Position numbers and translations under genes: made by a program. A DNA stretch of 64,000 nt from the human T2T-CHM13v2.0 reference genome, Homo sapiens. Location: NCBI RefSeq assembly GCF_009914755.1, contig NC_060930.1, one strand, 5' to 3'. This document shows, in pieces, positions 1 through 17,648 of the stretch (positions within the stretch are counted from its first letter, which is position 1; each line of letters starts with the position of its first letter). The notes under the pieces are model-generated. The model saw only the letters and a program-made list of their open reading frames with translations. It was not told the origin of the DNA and did not search any database.

Positions 1-1175
1 CCTATTGCTCACATGCAGACATCAATCTTTTGTTTGTCCTGGCAAGGTGAGAAAAAAAATTGGGTTACCATCAAAGCCAGGTAATACGGCCCGCTCATTT
101 GTAAATCACATGGCTTTAGTAAGCAAAGATGCTTCCTAGATTTAATGAATGTGGTATCAGAATGTTTTCTTTGAATGAGTACAGTGGTCTTCTATCCGGT
201 TTTCTTCCTTCCATATATCTGTCTCTTTGAATGACACCAAGTGGATTAATCTTCCTAAAGCCCCAGTTGGGAAAATTATCATTCTGCCTTCTCCCAAGCT
301 TTCAACCATTCCCACTATATGCCAAATAAGCTCGTTATGTTGCATTCAAAGCCTTCTAGGACTTAACAGTAACCTATCTTTCTTTTTATCTCAAATTTCT
401 CTCCCAGGTACACCAAGTTGCAGCTAAACCAAACTGTGGTTTGTTGCCTGTTTCTGGATCTTTGCTCATTCTTCACCATCACTGATAATGTTCTCTCTAC
501 CCCCTACCTTTCAAAATCCCACCTGCACTTCGAGATTCAGTTCAGCTCACAGATCCATCTTGAAGCTAGACATGACAGTTTCCCTCTTTTGCAGTAGCAG
601 AGAAATATGTTTGTACTCACAATATGTGTCACACCCTAGATTTTAAAGCTCCCGAAATGGATGAGCCTTCTTTTACTATTTTTATATCTCCCACTGTCCT
701 GCCAAGGACGAAGAAATATTTTTTATATTTCTATATATTATTCCTACTATAAATTCCTTAGGGTGATGAGAACTTCCTTAGGGTAAACACCTAGTTTTTG
801 GTATTATACTTATCCCTTACAGTATTTAGAATTTATTTAGTAAATGCTTAATAAATATTTTTTAACTAAATGAGTAGAAACCGTAGAATGAGTAGAAAAT
901 TTTTTCCTAAAACTACAAGTAGGAATTTTGTCTATCTCAGAGACAGCAGAATATGCTTAGTATTTCAATAAAGGACAGTTTTTTAGAATAAATAGCGTAC
1001 TTTGGAAGCCTGAAATAGCTGGAAAAGATGAAGTTTCTTATTTATTATGCCTCTGGATGTGTTTTTAATTTATTTCCCTAGAAGAGCTCTTAGGCAAAGT
1101 GATAACTTGGCTTAGAATCTTTAGGAGAAATAAAGATGAAAATAAATACGGTTCTTTACCAAATTGCATGCACAT

Positions 1176-1238
<63 letters not shown>
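1176..1238 (+). repeat. Compound microsatellite (CA)n(CT)n
   Basis: Directly visible CA run followed by CT run. Confidence 0.97.
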
Positions 1239-1241
<3 letters not shown>

Positions 1242-1439
1242 ACAAAAGAGACAGCGCTAACCCTGTCTTGAATCCATAGAATCCTCAAATGCATGCATTT
1301 CAGAGTATTGATGGTGACACTGATAAAACATTCAGAAAATGACTTATTCTGAATCTGCTGAAGGGGTGTCCTCACAGTGAATGCCTTCCTTTCCTTCTGA
1401 GATCCACCAAAAAACATACTAGTCTGTTCAGAGTGATCT

Positions 1440-1760
1440 TAGAATTCAGTTATTTTTATGGCTTGGAAAATCTACTCCTGGAAATCTGTTCTTTAGAAAT
1501 ACTGGCAAGGCTGTAAAGATACATGTACACTGCTGTTAATCCCAACATTTGGAGAAGGAAAAAAAGTAAGCGATCTCAATGTCTACTAATAGAGCAAAGC
1601 TAAATAAATTACAGTACAATGGAATGTATACTCTGCAGCCGTTGTGATAAATCAAGTATGTCCATAGGGGTCCTTGGTTAAAAGGCTGTCCATGATGTTT
1701 TATTAAATGTAAAAAGCGCGTTGCAAAAGATGGGGAAATACCCAAATTGCTGAACACTTC
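1440..1760 (+). mobile_element. Highly diverged L1ME-type 3' fragment
   Basis: tctactcctggaaatct...aaagatacatgtac...aaataaattacagtacaatggaat...gcagccgtt resembles old L1 3' regions. Confidence 0.5.
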
Positions 1761-2649
1761 TGTAGATCTCATTTTTCTAAGAGTAATATTCTATGTATCT
1801 ATGCACTTATATTTATAGACAGGCATACATATGTATAAATTTGAGTACATATGTTGATGTCTGCAAGTGCTTATACATCTGTTTATGTGTAGATGTATGT
1901 ATAAATGTTTATACGTGTTATATGTAAAATATATAAGCTATATATATATGCATGTACATACCTTTATAGATATTTTTACAGCCATAGATAAAAAGATGTA
2001 GAAAGATTCAGAACAATTTAGAATAATTATCTCTTTTATTGGCTTAAAGGAGGGAAAAGTGAACTTTTATTCACTTAATAGAAAAAAAGAAAAAAGTAGC
2101 AGAAGTTCAAAACTGTGGTGTTTAATTTGGGGGCCTGTTCTGATTCATGAATCAGATTTGAAATATACTTGAAGCCTTTTCTTAAAAATGGTCATTCTTC
2201 TGACTTGATCTGCAGACTTTATTGATTCCAAATGGTTCACAATGAGGCTGTGTTCTGTCATCTTTTACAGCAATTGTTCCTACTTTCATGTATCTGCCTG
2301 TGACTACAGGAGGCAGCGGCTTCCCCAGACCACTCACCTCCCTCCTTCACACCTGCCTGGCCCGAGTCCCACAGTGATACCTGTCATGGAACTACATCTT
2401 GTATTCATGTGTTAAACAGAGCTCTGTAGCTGATTCGCAAGAAAGAAAGTTCCTTTCAGTGAAACAGAGTTGTAGCATAATTGTTGTTTTAAAACGGTAT
2501 TTTTCACATCAAAAGATGATTTAATGTAGAATTATTTTTTAAATGAGCTGCCTTCATAGATTTAAAATATACTTTAACAAATATTTGACTTACTCTCACA
2601 TACTTGACATTACCTAATATGTACCTTGTACACCTTTTTTATGGATTAG

Positions 2650-3110
<461 letters not shown>

Positions 3111-3129
3111 TAGGTCTTCCTGCTGGACT

Positions 3130-3660
3130 CATTTGCTCATTTATTCAGCAGATAGTTACTGAATACCTACCTGCTTCCTGCCACTCACTTTTGTTAAGTG
3201 CTGGGGATACAGATGTGAATACAGTGAACATAGTTCAAGTCTACTGAGGCAGGCAACAAACTTTCATCCTACAGTCTCCTAAATAAAGGTAGACTAGCAC
3301 ATTGCATTATGACACATGAAAGAAGAGTAAAGAAGGAGGTGAGAGTTGTCACAGGCTGCAAGAATCAGGACAAGGAACTGTTCTCTGTGGAAAATCAGAT
3401 AAACAGAGACCTGAGACCTGGACAGGAGTCAGCTGCATGAAAAAATGCAGACAATTTCTCTGGCCATGAGACATGCGAAGGCCTTGAGATACAGAAAGAT
3501 TTGGAACTTGCTTAGGAATGGGAATAAGGCCCATGTGTTTGGAGGGCAAGAGGGGACCCAGACACAGAGCCGTGTCAGTAAGGGCACATCTGAGTAAGGC
3601 TTTCAAGAAGCTGGCATTTCAACACAGATCCTTCTGGCAGTCAGTGTGCATTTACCAAAT
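3130..3660 (-). mobile_element. L2 fragment
   Basis: catttattcagcagatagttactgaatacctac...taagtgctggggatacagatgtgaat is the typical antisense L2 3' end. Confidence 0.6.
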
Positions 3661-3973
3661 GGGCCTGCCATTATCCGTACATGTTCTCATGTAGTATAAA
3701 AAGTCGCAGGAAGCTTTTTGGGAACTTGCCCCAGAATTTCCACAAAAGCAGAGCTCTCTGATTTCTACGGGGAGGCAGAGAGGCTGGAGGGAAGTGGACC
3801 AGTGAGAAGTGGACTGCAGGGCTGCAGGGAAGCCTGATCAACACGTGGGCTCCAGGCTGCTGGATGAACAGAGCCTGGGGTGGACTTCAGCGGGGTAGTT
3901 CCATGCAGGACATGATCCACACAACGCTATGAAGTCCTGTTCCCTGCCCAGAGCCACCAGAAGTATCTTCCTA

Positions 3974-4444
<471 letters not shown>

Positions 4445-5033
4445 TTACTTCCTACCCCATATGGGCCAAGACAGAGCACTCTCTGTGATTCAGCACATGG
4501 GATTCCTCTTCCAGGGATGACTAACCACCTCCTCTGCATGGTAACCTACTGCTGATACCACAAGACAGCCTGCTGCCTCTGTCCTCCTGATTCCACAGCT
4601 TTTGGAGGGCAGCACACGGCACTGGGGAGAACAGCGGGCATGCCCCTGGCTGTCCAGGTCAGCTCAATTTAACTGGTGGTCAGTGGCTTACAGATATTGG
4701 TACCAGCTATCCCTAACAGCTAAACTCTTTGCAAAGCATCTCCTCATGGGGCAAAGTAAAAGGAAGGTGGGAGATTGGGAAACAGTTACAGGTAACTAAA
4801 ACAGCATGTGCCAAGGTCCTGTGCTGTTTTGCTCAATGAACTGGAGAAAGACCAGTGTCTGGAATGCAGTGTGAAGTAAGAAGAAGCCAACAGTGGCAGG
4901 CTCTGATTAAGGTTTTAAGAAGTGCAACTATCTTTTGCTTTTACAAAATATTAGTGGAATGGTGACTGATGGACATCCCCGTGAAATGGCAGCAGACAAC
5001 ACAGAAAACATGAATGGACCCAACCATATGTTA

Positions 5034-5338
<305 letters not shown>

Positions 5339-6420
5339 GTGGTTCTCTCTTTGCAATAGCAAAGAGAAAGAAAACAAATGGTTACAAAACCAAAATACAG
5401 TAGGGGACACTGATAAAATTCAATTTAGCAAATTCTTCCTGGCCTGTGAACTTGCTAAGGGTATGGCGTTGTAGGGACTGTGAAAGATGAATGGGACCTA
5501 CAGACTGGTTTATCAGGTATGAGGGAAACATTTAAATATTTACACAAAATGCAATGGGGTTTCAATATAAAAGAAGGTTCAGAAGGCATCACAGAACACG
5601 TGAAAATTGTACTGCGTCTTCGAGAGTTGTAAAAGCCTCAGGCGAAGGGCTAGAAGAGGGAGTTTCAGGAGAAGGAAGGGCAGCAGAGTGAAGACACTGA
5701 AACAAGAATCGGAATGGCTGCCCTATTCCAGGGGCATTGAGCCATGTCCCTAGAGCAAAACGTGTCTTTTTAGAAAGAAAGAAAATCATCAATAAATTAT
5801 AATTTTTTTTTACATGTCAAAGAGGAAAGGTACGGGTGTTAAGTAATCAGTCTAAAAAAAGTTTTGGGGCAATTTCAATATTTGTTCATAAGAATTCATG
5901 AGTAGGGTTTTTACGTTACTATTACTTTAAGTTGCTGTAGGCAGAATTTAGCTTGAAGGAAATTTAAGATTTCTTGATAATTAAAATACGAAACAGTATG
6001 GCAAGACAGGCTGGGGAACTCCAAGTCTGCCTTAATTAGATGCTAAAAATAGATGTTTCTAAAAGTCCTGTTTCCTTTCTAGGCCATCCAACATTCTGGA
6101 GAAGTGCTTTTAATCTCAGCAATGTGCTAATTGTTTCTAATGGCCTGTAAACAAGCTCCCTGAACTATTAACCTTCTTCTCTCTTTAGCCAGAGATTCAG
6201 GAAATTAGTCTTTGAAAGAAGAGTCTCCAGCAGGTTGCCCAGGAGGGTGTCCCAAAGTACAGACACTGTCACTGGTTTGGAGGAAAATCAAGGTCAGATC
6301 TGAGCAGCAAGCTTGTAATGTGGAATAGACAAGCTCAAAACCTTAAAAAGAAAGATCACTCCACTCCTCTCTGGTTTAGTTTGGTTGTGTTCCTATCTGG
6401 AAGGAGAAATATAAATGTTA

Positions 6421-6725
6421 GGCTGGGCACAGTGGCTCACGCCTGTTATCCCAGCACTTCGGGAGGCCGAGGCGGGCAGATCATTTGAGGTCAGGAGTTG
6501 GAGACCAGCCTGGCCAATGTGGTAAAACCCCGCCTCTACTAAAAATACAAAAAGTTACCTTAGCTAGGCATGGTGACGGGCCCCTGTAATCCCAGCTGCT
6601 CGGGAGGCTGAGGCAGGAGAATTGCTTGAACCCAGAAGGCGGAGATTACAGTGAGCCAAGATCGAGCCACTGCCAGCCTGGGCAACAGAGCAAGACTCCA
6701 TCTTAAAAAAAAAAAAAAGAAAGGA
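6421..6725 (+). mobile_element. Alu (AluS)
   Basis: Alu dimer with poly-A; TSD gaaat(a/g)taaatgtt. Confidence 0.97.
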
Positions 6726-7097
6726 AGAAGGAAATGTAAATGTTGGCACCTCTCCAATGGCTTCCAAACACAAACACAAGCCCATAATCCCAGGATTTTT
6801 AAAAAACATTAAAACAATATCCTTCAGTTGACAAGAATGTTGAAAATTTGATTGTGCTAAGTTAAAATTGATGCCATATTGAAAATGGCGTTCAATTTAA
6901 TCTCAGAAAGGCAATGCCTACCTGAACCCTCGGAAAGGAGCTGGGGCATTGAGGGTGCCACCCTCTGTTCTGCTTGTCCTTTTCAGAACATGACAAAATT
7001 AACTTAATTTGTCATGAAAGATGAATGATCACAGAGTAGCCAAAAAATGTTGTGAAAAAGATGGTCAGTGAAGAGAGGCTTTATCAAACATATTTCA

Positions 7098-7430
<333 letters not shown>

Positions 7431-7884
7431 TAAAATTACAGTAGTAAAACTATGTGCCTGGCACAGAATGAGCAATGGAACAGAAGTAAAAGCCTGGAGG
7501 GGAGAACCCAAGAGAGACAGATATTTATGTGTGATCTCAGCTTATAAAACCTTTCCAATTAGTGAGGTATTAGATGATTTGCTAAATGGTATTAGAATAA
7601 TCAACATAATAAATAATAATAAAAGTTGGATCTTTTTAGCATTCCTCAATTGAGGTAATCAGGAGGATCAAAGAATCACATGTATAAAACAATGAAAGGG
7701 TAAAAGTAGGATGACGACGTGAGTCAATCAAGTTAATAGCCCAAGAGGGGCCAAGACATGCCCACGTGAGCAGAGAAACCAAAATCCACTGATCATTGAC
7801 TACACACAAATGTAATAATTGATATGGAAAGACACTCTAAACAGAGTAAACATATGGAAAAGTGCTAGCATTCCTGACATCTGA

Positions 7885-8196
<312 letters not shown>

Positions 8197-8689
8197 CAAA
8201 TTTATTTATTTATTTTTTAAGACAAATATCCAATAGGAAATTTAGGGTGGGGGGATGGCAGGTCAAAAGAAGTAATTCACAGAAGGATAAATACAAACAG
8301 CCAGGTTTACCGGGAAATCACACTCAGTGTCAGGGGAGCAGCTAGCCAGCAAATGGCCCAACAGCTAGCAGCACAACCACGTCCCTGAACACCTGCCGGA
8401 TGCCAGCCCTGCAGGTACTGCTGCAAAGAGGTGCCCAGATAGGATAGGTAGAAACAAGTGACACACACAAGTCAGAGGGCAGCATGTGTGACAGGGTCTC
8501 ATCACTACAGCATTCTACACACACATGTACATTCCGAACACATCAGCAGGAAGACTGGGCATCAGAGTTACAAGACAGGTGTGAGCTAGCACGACGCACC
8601 CTGAATTTCAGATCCATGAATAAGCCCTTTCCTACTTATAATCAGTGGTACTGAGGCAGAATGGGGCGCACCTAGGAATACACACTTTA

Positions 8690-8880
8690 GTACAAAACCT
8701 GGGCTTGAGACCCTACTGTAACTTATTGACTATGTGACATTGAATTACATTCCAAGCCTCTTCCCACATAAGTCTTGGTGACTTACGTGAGGACTGGGAC
8801 ACTAATAGTATCTACCTCCCAATGTTATTCTGAGCATTTAAGGAGGCCCTGCATGTAAACACAGTTAGCACGCACTAAGT
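8690..8880 (+). mobile_element. MIR
   Basis: acctgggcttgagaccct...tatgtgac...taatagtatctacctccc...gttattctgagcattta...gcatgtaaa matches the MIR core. Confidence 0.65.
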
Positions 8881-9923
8881 TTGGGCAGGAAGAGATTTTT
8901 CACAGTTGGGTAAGGCTTCCAGCAGATGCGACTTGGTTGATAGGAATCTCAGCCGTGTAGCTGAAACGTAGCTTCTATAATACATCGAAGCGAAGCACTT
9001 AGAGGCATATGGCTTCTGTGAATGTGCTGCAGCGCTGAGCAGTATCTTCTTCATCAGTTCCACTAAAGACTGGAAACTCATTATAATCCTGGCAAGACTG
9101 AGGTTTAGCCAAGAATGTTCTAATACCACAGAAGCTCTGTATGCCACATCACTGATGCCGCCACAGTGAGACAGAATTCGAAGTACAGCCAGATGCTTTT
9201 AGTAAGGTTCTCTTTGGCCTGACCTTTTTTCCACTCCATTCGCCTTGCTTTCTGTGGGAATAATTCTCTCAACTTAAAATTACCAAATAGCATTAAAAAT
9301 TCTGCAATATTTCTGAAATCATATTGACACATAATGGAGGATTTTTCAGAATAAAATTAGATGACTCTTGTAATTGTTTTATTAAGGAACTGCAAACTTG
9401 TTTCCATTCTTCCTGAAATTAAGTATTCATTTCCACTGTAAGGCAAGAAAAACCAGCTAACATTATACAGTCAAAGGGTGACACCTATTAAACCTGATCG
9501 AGGTTTTTGGAATTTATTTAAAATACAGAACTAAATTACAGTTTGTTGGTTCTGGAAAATGACTTTCAGAATTGCTTTATCTCTGTACAACCAGACTCAG
9601 CCTCTCCTTCACAGTGCAGGCCTCCTAATCACTGCCTGTTTACCATGAAGCATGTTTTCCAGTATTGGCTCAGCCAGTTTTTCTTCCTTCCTTTATCAAA
9701 ATCCAATGGAAAAGAGCCAGCCCCATGGCTCAATGTGAAAGGCCAGGAGTTCACATGCACAATCTTAAATTTGGAACTAAATGTATTTCTCTTCAGACCA
9801 TGAAACAATGGAGAGGAACAGGAGAGTTTGGAATGTACATGGTTTAAGCAGTCTCGGAGGAAGTCATCGTCCTGTCTCACAAAATCATTCCTGGGTCAGC
9901 CCCACCTCTTCTTCCACCTAGAG

Positions 9924-10133
9924 CAGGCTTTCCTGACCTCAGCATCATTGAAAGTTGGGCAAGATAACCCTTTGCTGTGGGGCTGACTCGTGCTTTGTAA
10001 GATGCTCAACAGCAGCCCTGGCATCAACACACCGGATGCCAGGAGCACCACCCTTCATTGGTGACAAATAAAATGTCTCCAGACATTGCCAAAGGTCCCC
10101 ATTGGGAAAAAACTACCCCGGATGAAAGCCACT
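9924..10133 (+). mobile_element. MER20 (hAT-Charlie DNA transposon)
   Basis: Diagnostic aaaatgtctccagacattgccaaaggtcccc and agcagccctggc...gatgccag. Confidence 0.85.
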
Positions 10134-10334
10134 AACTTACAGCTATTTAAGGGTATTATTATATCTAGATTCTTGCCTCATGTCATATTATCAAAAAAGA
10201 AAACAGAGTTACAGAGAATATTTACTAAATTTTACATTATCATAATTATATTCATAAAAATTACATAATTGGCCTTAAAAACATTATTGTTTTCATAGGA
10301 AAAAAAATTTCAATTCAACTCGCCAAAGAAGGGT

Positions 10335-10658
<324 letters not shown>

Positions 10659-12113
10659 AAAATTTCCTTGGACAGATGATATCTGGGATGTGAAAGCATG
10701 CGTGCCAGTCACAGTAAAGATTATATACTCTTTCATTATGCTTCATAGAACCATGGCTGTGGTAAGTTTGGAGAACAAAGTACAGATAAGTCAAGACCTG
10801 TTGGTTCAAGTAAAGACTTACCTACAATATCCCCCTTTCAGTTAGCAAGTCAGGGCCAAAATCTTGGCTAATATTTACTGTCCATATGTGATCAGCACTG
10901 TTCAAGTTTTATCTCTTGTAATTTTCACAACCTTTTGAAGAAGTTGAGAGACTGGGGAACTTGCCCAGGAAACAAGACAACTAGAGGTAGAACTGGGTTT
11001 TGAACACAACATTCTTTCTCCAGGGCCTGTGCTCTTGATTCCAGCCTGTTCCATGGAAAATGTTCACCAAAGGCTAACTCAGCGGGTGTCCTTGAGCACC
11101 ACTGAGCCATTCAAGGGCAAATCAATCTATGCTCAGAAACAAATGGAAATGAAGACTGGAAAACAAGAAAATCAGATATGGTGAGAAACTGGGGGAGGAG
11201 AGAAAAGTCTGTGCCTTCTGCCAGTCTCAGTGCAAAATCAGTATGGCATAAAATAGCACAAATGGACAAGAAGCAAGTGAGAGAGTACAGTGCTCTCTCA
11301 GGAAAGCATTCCACTGTATTTATGGAAAAATAAACTCTCTCAATTAAGCCAAATTTTCAAGATAAAAGGATAGTTCCATCCATCTATAATTTAGTAAGGG
11401 ATACAACAATAAATGTTCTGAAATTTATTCTTTAATTTCCTGAATTAAAATCTCTCTCCATATGGACTAGGAGTTGCAAAAACATATACATATATATGCA
11501 ATTATATATATAATTCCAGAAAACCAGATTAGAGTTGAACAGTGACACCTATGTAAAAACCAATGTGTGTGATGGAGTCATCCTATTTCGTGCATTTTAG
11601 CATTTTCCTAGGATACTGTTCTATATAAATTCTGTAATAGAGTTATATATAATATAATTACTGTAGCTATTAGTGATTTGAAAGGCCACTTTCTTGGAAA
11701 ATTTCAACTTAGTGTTGTCACCGGCATTCCTGGTCATTTTCTTTGTGCATCCTGTACACGTGTGCAGGTGTACTGGACTCTGTGGTCATGGGAACCTCCG
11801 AGTCTTCAGACACCCGCTGGAAGACCAGCCATCATCACTCAAGTCTGCAGCCAGCTGCCCAATACAGAATGGAGTGAGATGGCACCTTCCTTACTGTCAT
11901 ACGTGTAAAGTCTTGCAGTAGGAGAGGATCTGAGAGGGAGCAGCAATTCCAGGGGAAACTGTTCATTGATAATAACATCTGAATGACATTTGACAGTTTC
12001 CTAAGCACTGTCACGTGAATGTTGTTTCTGAACTATCACCACAACCTTGATACTCCTTTTAAGTAGGTACCATCAACATCATATGACAGAGAGGTAGCTG
12101 AGGGTAAGGGTAA

Positions 12114-12509
<396 letters not shown>

Positions 12510-13383
12510 CATGTCTTCTCTTGATTTTGTTTGCTTTCTGTTCCACCATGCCATGTTTCTGACAGTATCGCTAGACACCACTCCAGACCACCAGCAAAGA
12601 AAGCAGAGGGCTTGCGCTCAGGGGGCAGGTCCTGAGGAGTCTCCTGAAGTCCTCCCGTGCAGGTCAAGGCTTTCATTAACTACGCGGATCAATTTAACCA
12701 TCTCTCTTGTAGAGGAGTACTTTAAAACCTAGTCAATGAGTGCTAATCACAGAAATCATTTCAGATTAATCTTAGAAATAATCATTAAATAAATGTAATA
12801 CCCTTTAAAAAGGGGCATAAAAACAGATTCAAGTTAAGAAAGTCTAGTTGACAACAAAATGCAATTCCACATCCCAGAAGCTTACTGAATTGCATTAAGC
12901 TTAGGATGCTAATATTGGATGTCATGTCTCTATATGGTTAAAATGCACAAAGAGATAAAGACGCTTGCATTTATTTTAAAAACTTATTATAATACTTGGG
13001 TAATTTATCAGTGACGTTGTTTATTTGTACTGTGGTTAAATTTTTAGCGCAATAATTGTATTTCTTAAAAGACACGCTAAATTGTTCCTCTCTTCTTATG
13101 CCTGGGAAACCATATGAAGATTCAGTAGGAAACTAAATTTTGAAGTTTATTCCCTAACTTTTCTTTAAGATACATTTTGACTATTTGAATGTTTTATGTT
13201 GTTGCTATTTTTAAGGGAATCATTTATATCAGATATAATGAGAGAAATTTAAAGTAATTTCTACATCAAATCAATATTATGGTATTTGTAAAAAATAATA
13301 ATAATAATTAAAACTCTGTTTTTTCTTTGCAGTTGTTTTCATTGTAATATGATACCTGAATTTTATGTAAGAATGTGAGAGTG

Positions 13384-13717
<334 letters not shown>

Positions 13718-16700
13718 TTATAATATAGTTAACATAGTTGAATCTGACTGTTTTTTGCTTTCAAAACATGTATTATTCCACTAAGTGGTATCAGTTCCCT
13801 TTGCATTACAGCAGTCACTGGAATAAGTTAAATATTGTTATTTTTGTTATTTCTTGTCCAAAAAATACACACTGTACACTTTCTCTTCTAATACTGTCCT
13901 AAACAACTTTTCGCAGGATTCACTGGTTATTCTCCTGCCTGTTGCCCAAGGGCTGTAGAAGATACAGAGAGAAGTACCACCCAGATCCCGTTTCAAATAA
14001 GTATTTGCTGCTCAGATGTGAGGCGTGTGGCCAGGGATGGCCTCTGCTGTCAGCATCGGCACCTGTCCCTGGCAGCCGCACCGAGAGGCTGAGCGAGCTG
14101 GGGATCTAGCGGTTTTCCCTTTGCAGGCCTCGGTTCCGACGGATAAGATAAACTCACACCAACTTCTGCCTCAATTTCTGCCTCTGGAGAAGTCCGCCCA
14201 TAACAGTCTCCTGCCACAGCCTCTGCAGCAGCCACATATAAGAGGTTAAACTCTACTAACATTTCCAAAGCAATCCTTTTAGAGAAGTCTTATCTTTCCC
14301 AAATACTTTTCTGTCACCAATGCCCAATTTCTTCCAAAACTACTTCTTATACAATTACGTGTCCACACTATTCCTCCCATTAATATTAAAATATATTTGC
14401 TTGTAGCAACATGGTCCCTCCTAACTCAAAATATTTCCTCTGAGGTGATACTCAGGGTTAGATACTCCCAAATGAATAAATGCCTCGTTTCTAAAAATAA
14501 CTATTTATGACATATATTTCCCGAGAACAGGATTATTAATAATCATAAGTGATTTAGATTTGTGTACAGATCTAAAATTTTCAAAGTGTGTTCACAGAAA
14601 TTAACTTATTTGATCCTACCACCACCTCAGGAATTAACCAAATTTAGGAAATTAAAGTCACAGTGATTGATCTGCCCCCAGTCAGACAATGAAATCGGTG
14701 GTGGGTTCAGGAGGGAAAGCTGTTCTTATGACCTCCATCCTGGAGTCATCTGCTTTCTGTGTTACAACCTGCACACCTACAGACCTTCTGCAAAGTAGAA
14801 TGTGCTCCCTGGGGGATTGGGGTATATGATCCTAAACTCCAGGGCTTCAGAATCTGTAACTTGGATGTTGCCATTTGAAGCTGAAATGGAAAGGGAGGGC
14901 TGTGCTAACTTGGCTCCCCGCTTTGGTGCCACCACACTGGAAAAAAAACATGGTTCCAAGTGCTTACTGCATGGACTCACTTCATCCTTACAATAACTGC
15001 AAGAACAAGAAGATGCTCTTATTATCTAGAAGGACAGAGGCAAAAGATGGCAGAGCCAGGTTCTGTACACACAGTCTGGCTTCAAAGGCAGGGCTCTGAA
15101 CCACTGTGCTTCATGTGTATCTTGGGAATTGGAAAGACGGCTGGAGACAAACGCAAAAGACATCCAAATCTTAGCAGTGAGTAAAGAATGAAAATGAAAG
15201 GGAAGGCAGAAGCAGAAACTTCTTTAGCTGTTGGGGATAAATCACGCGATAAGAATTTAAGAATTCAGGGGATGATTTAAGATCACCTACATAGTCACAC
15301 ATGTCTATAAATAACTCTTGGATTAATGGTCTATGTATACTTCCATATTTATAAGAATAATGCAAATCAGAAGAGCCTTCACCAGACGAGGCCATTTGAA
15401 AGAGATGGGTTTTAAGCAAACTGGGAAGGTGATGTGGAGTGACGATTAGTTACTATTAGCAAAAGGGTCAGTGCTGCAATGATGTAGGACTGCAGCTTGC
15501 TGGGGACAGAAAGTCAATCTGTCTTGCTTTGTTAGAACAAGAAATGAAAGTCAGTCTGTGGATTTAAGAACAGCAATACCAACTCCTCACCTACATGGTA
15601 GACAGCTTGCTTTTCCAATTGCAGTTTAGGAACAAAGGGAAGGAGAATTCACTTTGTCACAGAATTTTCACTAATGAATATAGACACCAATGCAGGAATA
15701 TGTGTTATATTTGTGTGTAACCCTAATCACTATTACCTATGCTACCTCTCCTGAACCCCAGTGGCTGTGGCACTGTAAAATGGGTATAAATAACATTCAA
15801 AATGTTAAGATAAACATACATGCAAAATATCTAACAAATGGTAAGAACAACTTGTTAGCAATAGTTGGACCTTCTCCAGCCTTGTGGAATATATACTGAT
15901 GTCACATTATCCTGACGTACACATGTGTCTGGACTGAGCGCACAAGAAAACAGTCCTGTGCAGTCTGGAACACCACAAAGTCACTTTTGTTCCGGCTCAG
16001 AGAAGGAATCTAATGTGGAGACCTGCAATGATAGCAACAGGTGTTCAAGTTTGACTTTGTGGTCACGGTCTGGTCATTTCCAGGGTAATATGCAAGGAGG
16101 AGGTACTTCAGCAGAAACGGAAGCTACGTGGGATGGCTTGGGGTTAGGCAGGTAATGTACGTATCTAGCCGGTTGGGTGTAAAAGAAAAGGGAGTGGGAA
16201 AACTGGTGCATGCTCTGCTCAAACACATAGCAAATGATTCTATGTATTTCTTCAAAGTTCTGTCTTGGCCAAGTATTATAAAAGAATCTTGGGGAAAACT
16301 TAGCCTAAAGAAATAAAGTTTGGGTCCCTGTTCTACCACGATACAGTGAAAATGAACAAGAGGTGTTCACACCTTCTGCCTTGCTTGAACTAGCCCGGTT
16401 CCGTCACACCTTCACCTGCTAGAGAGTGTCCCCGTCGACGGCTTTCCCTGCCATCGACAGAAATGCATCAGGCTTGATCAGAAACGCAAGGTTTTATCTC
16501 AGCTTGAAGCACCTGGAATAGTTTCTTGAGCCACGGATGAACTCAGTAAATATCTGTTGAATGAACAGACTAATCTCCTTTTACCTTATCTTTGATGGTA
16601 GAAGAGGTATTAAAGATCTCAAATGCCTGCATGAGACTGCGTTGCCTGTGATACTGATATAATAGAATGCTGGTATATCTGTGTAGCCCAGTGCCTCTCA

Positions 16701-17325
16701 GTGTTGTGAAAATCCACATCGAGATCTAGAAACTCTTGAAATTCCACTTCCGGTGCACAGAAGATACAGCACATGAGGTCATGTTTCCTGTGATGCAGAA
16801 TGTGTCAAATTCACAAGGAACAGAATGAACACACCACGGCCCTTGCTGCGATAAATGAATTTGCACTCCGGGTGTCTGAAACTATTGCTTATTTTGTCAC
16901 AAATAGCTCTACAGGCTTTGAAAGCTACAAAGGACAACTTTGCAAATACTTAATTCTAAATGTCATGAGAAAATAGAGCTACATAAAGGATGTTTATAGA
17001 GGGCAAGGTAGATCATATTAGTGCTAATCACTAAAAAGTGTCCCAGCAGTTTAAAATTTCTATCTGAAGATATGAACTGGCACAAACATTATTTGCAATG
17101 AAAAGTAACTTCTTCCCCTCACCTAGTTTATAGCAAATTGCTAATTATAAGGATAAAATTGCCATTAGAAATAAATGCACAAGTAATGCAATAGTTTTCT
17201 TTAAAAAAAAAAGTTATTTAAACACTGTGGGTATTTCTTTCAGATGAAAATGGACCTTAAACACAAAGCTTAACTGTTAACAAAGTTCTAGCAAGGGTCT
17301 CTTAGATGCTTCAGGAATGTAGCAC

Positions 17326-17620
17326 CTTTTTTTTTTTTTTTTTTGAGACGGAGTCTCGCTCTGTCATCCAGGCTGGCAGTGGCACAATCTCGGCTCACTG
17401 CAACCTCCACCTCCCAGGTTCAAGTGATTCTCCTAACTCAGCCTCCTGAGTAGCTGGGATTACAGGTGCACACCACCATGCCTGGCTAATTTTTGTATTT
17501 TTAGTAGAGACGGGGGTTTGCCATGTTTGTCAGGCTGGTCTTGAACTCCTGACCTCGTGATCCACCTGCTTCGGCCTCCCAAAGTGCTGGGATTACAGGC
17601 ATGAGCCACCTCACCCGGCC
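17326..17620 (-). mobile_element. Alu (AluS)
   Basis: Antisense Alu with poly-T. Confidence 0.97.
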
Positions 17621-17648
17621 GCTCCATCTTTCTTAATATCCACCAACA

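Noticed and set aside
9643-9700. Protein-like minus-strand peptide KEEKLAEPILENMLH before a GT
   Set aside because: Weak acceptor and donor (ATG|gtaaac) and not part of parkin.
10815-10830. TAG|GTAAGT on the minus strand as a recursive splice site
   Set aside because: Upstream sequence is purine-rich (gaaagggggatattgtag), with no polypyrimidine tract.
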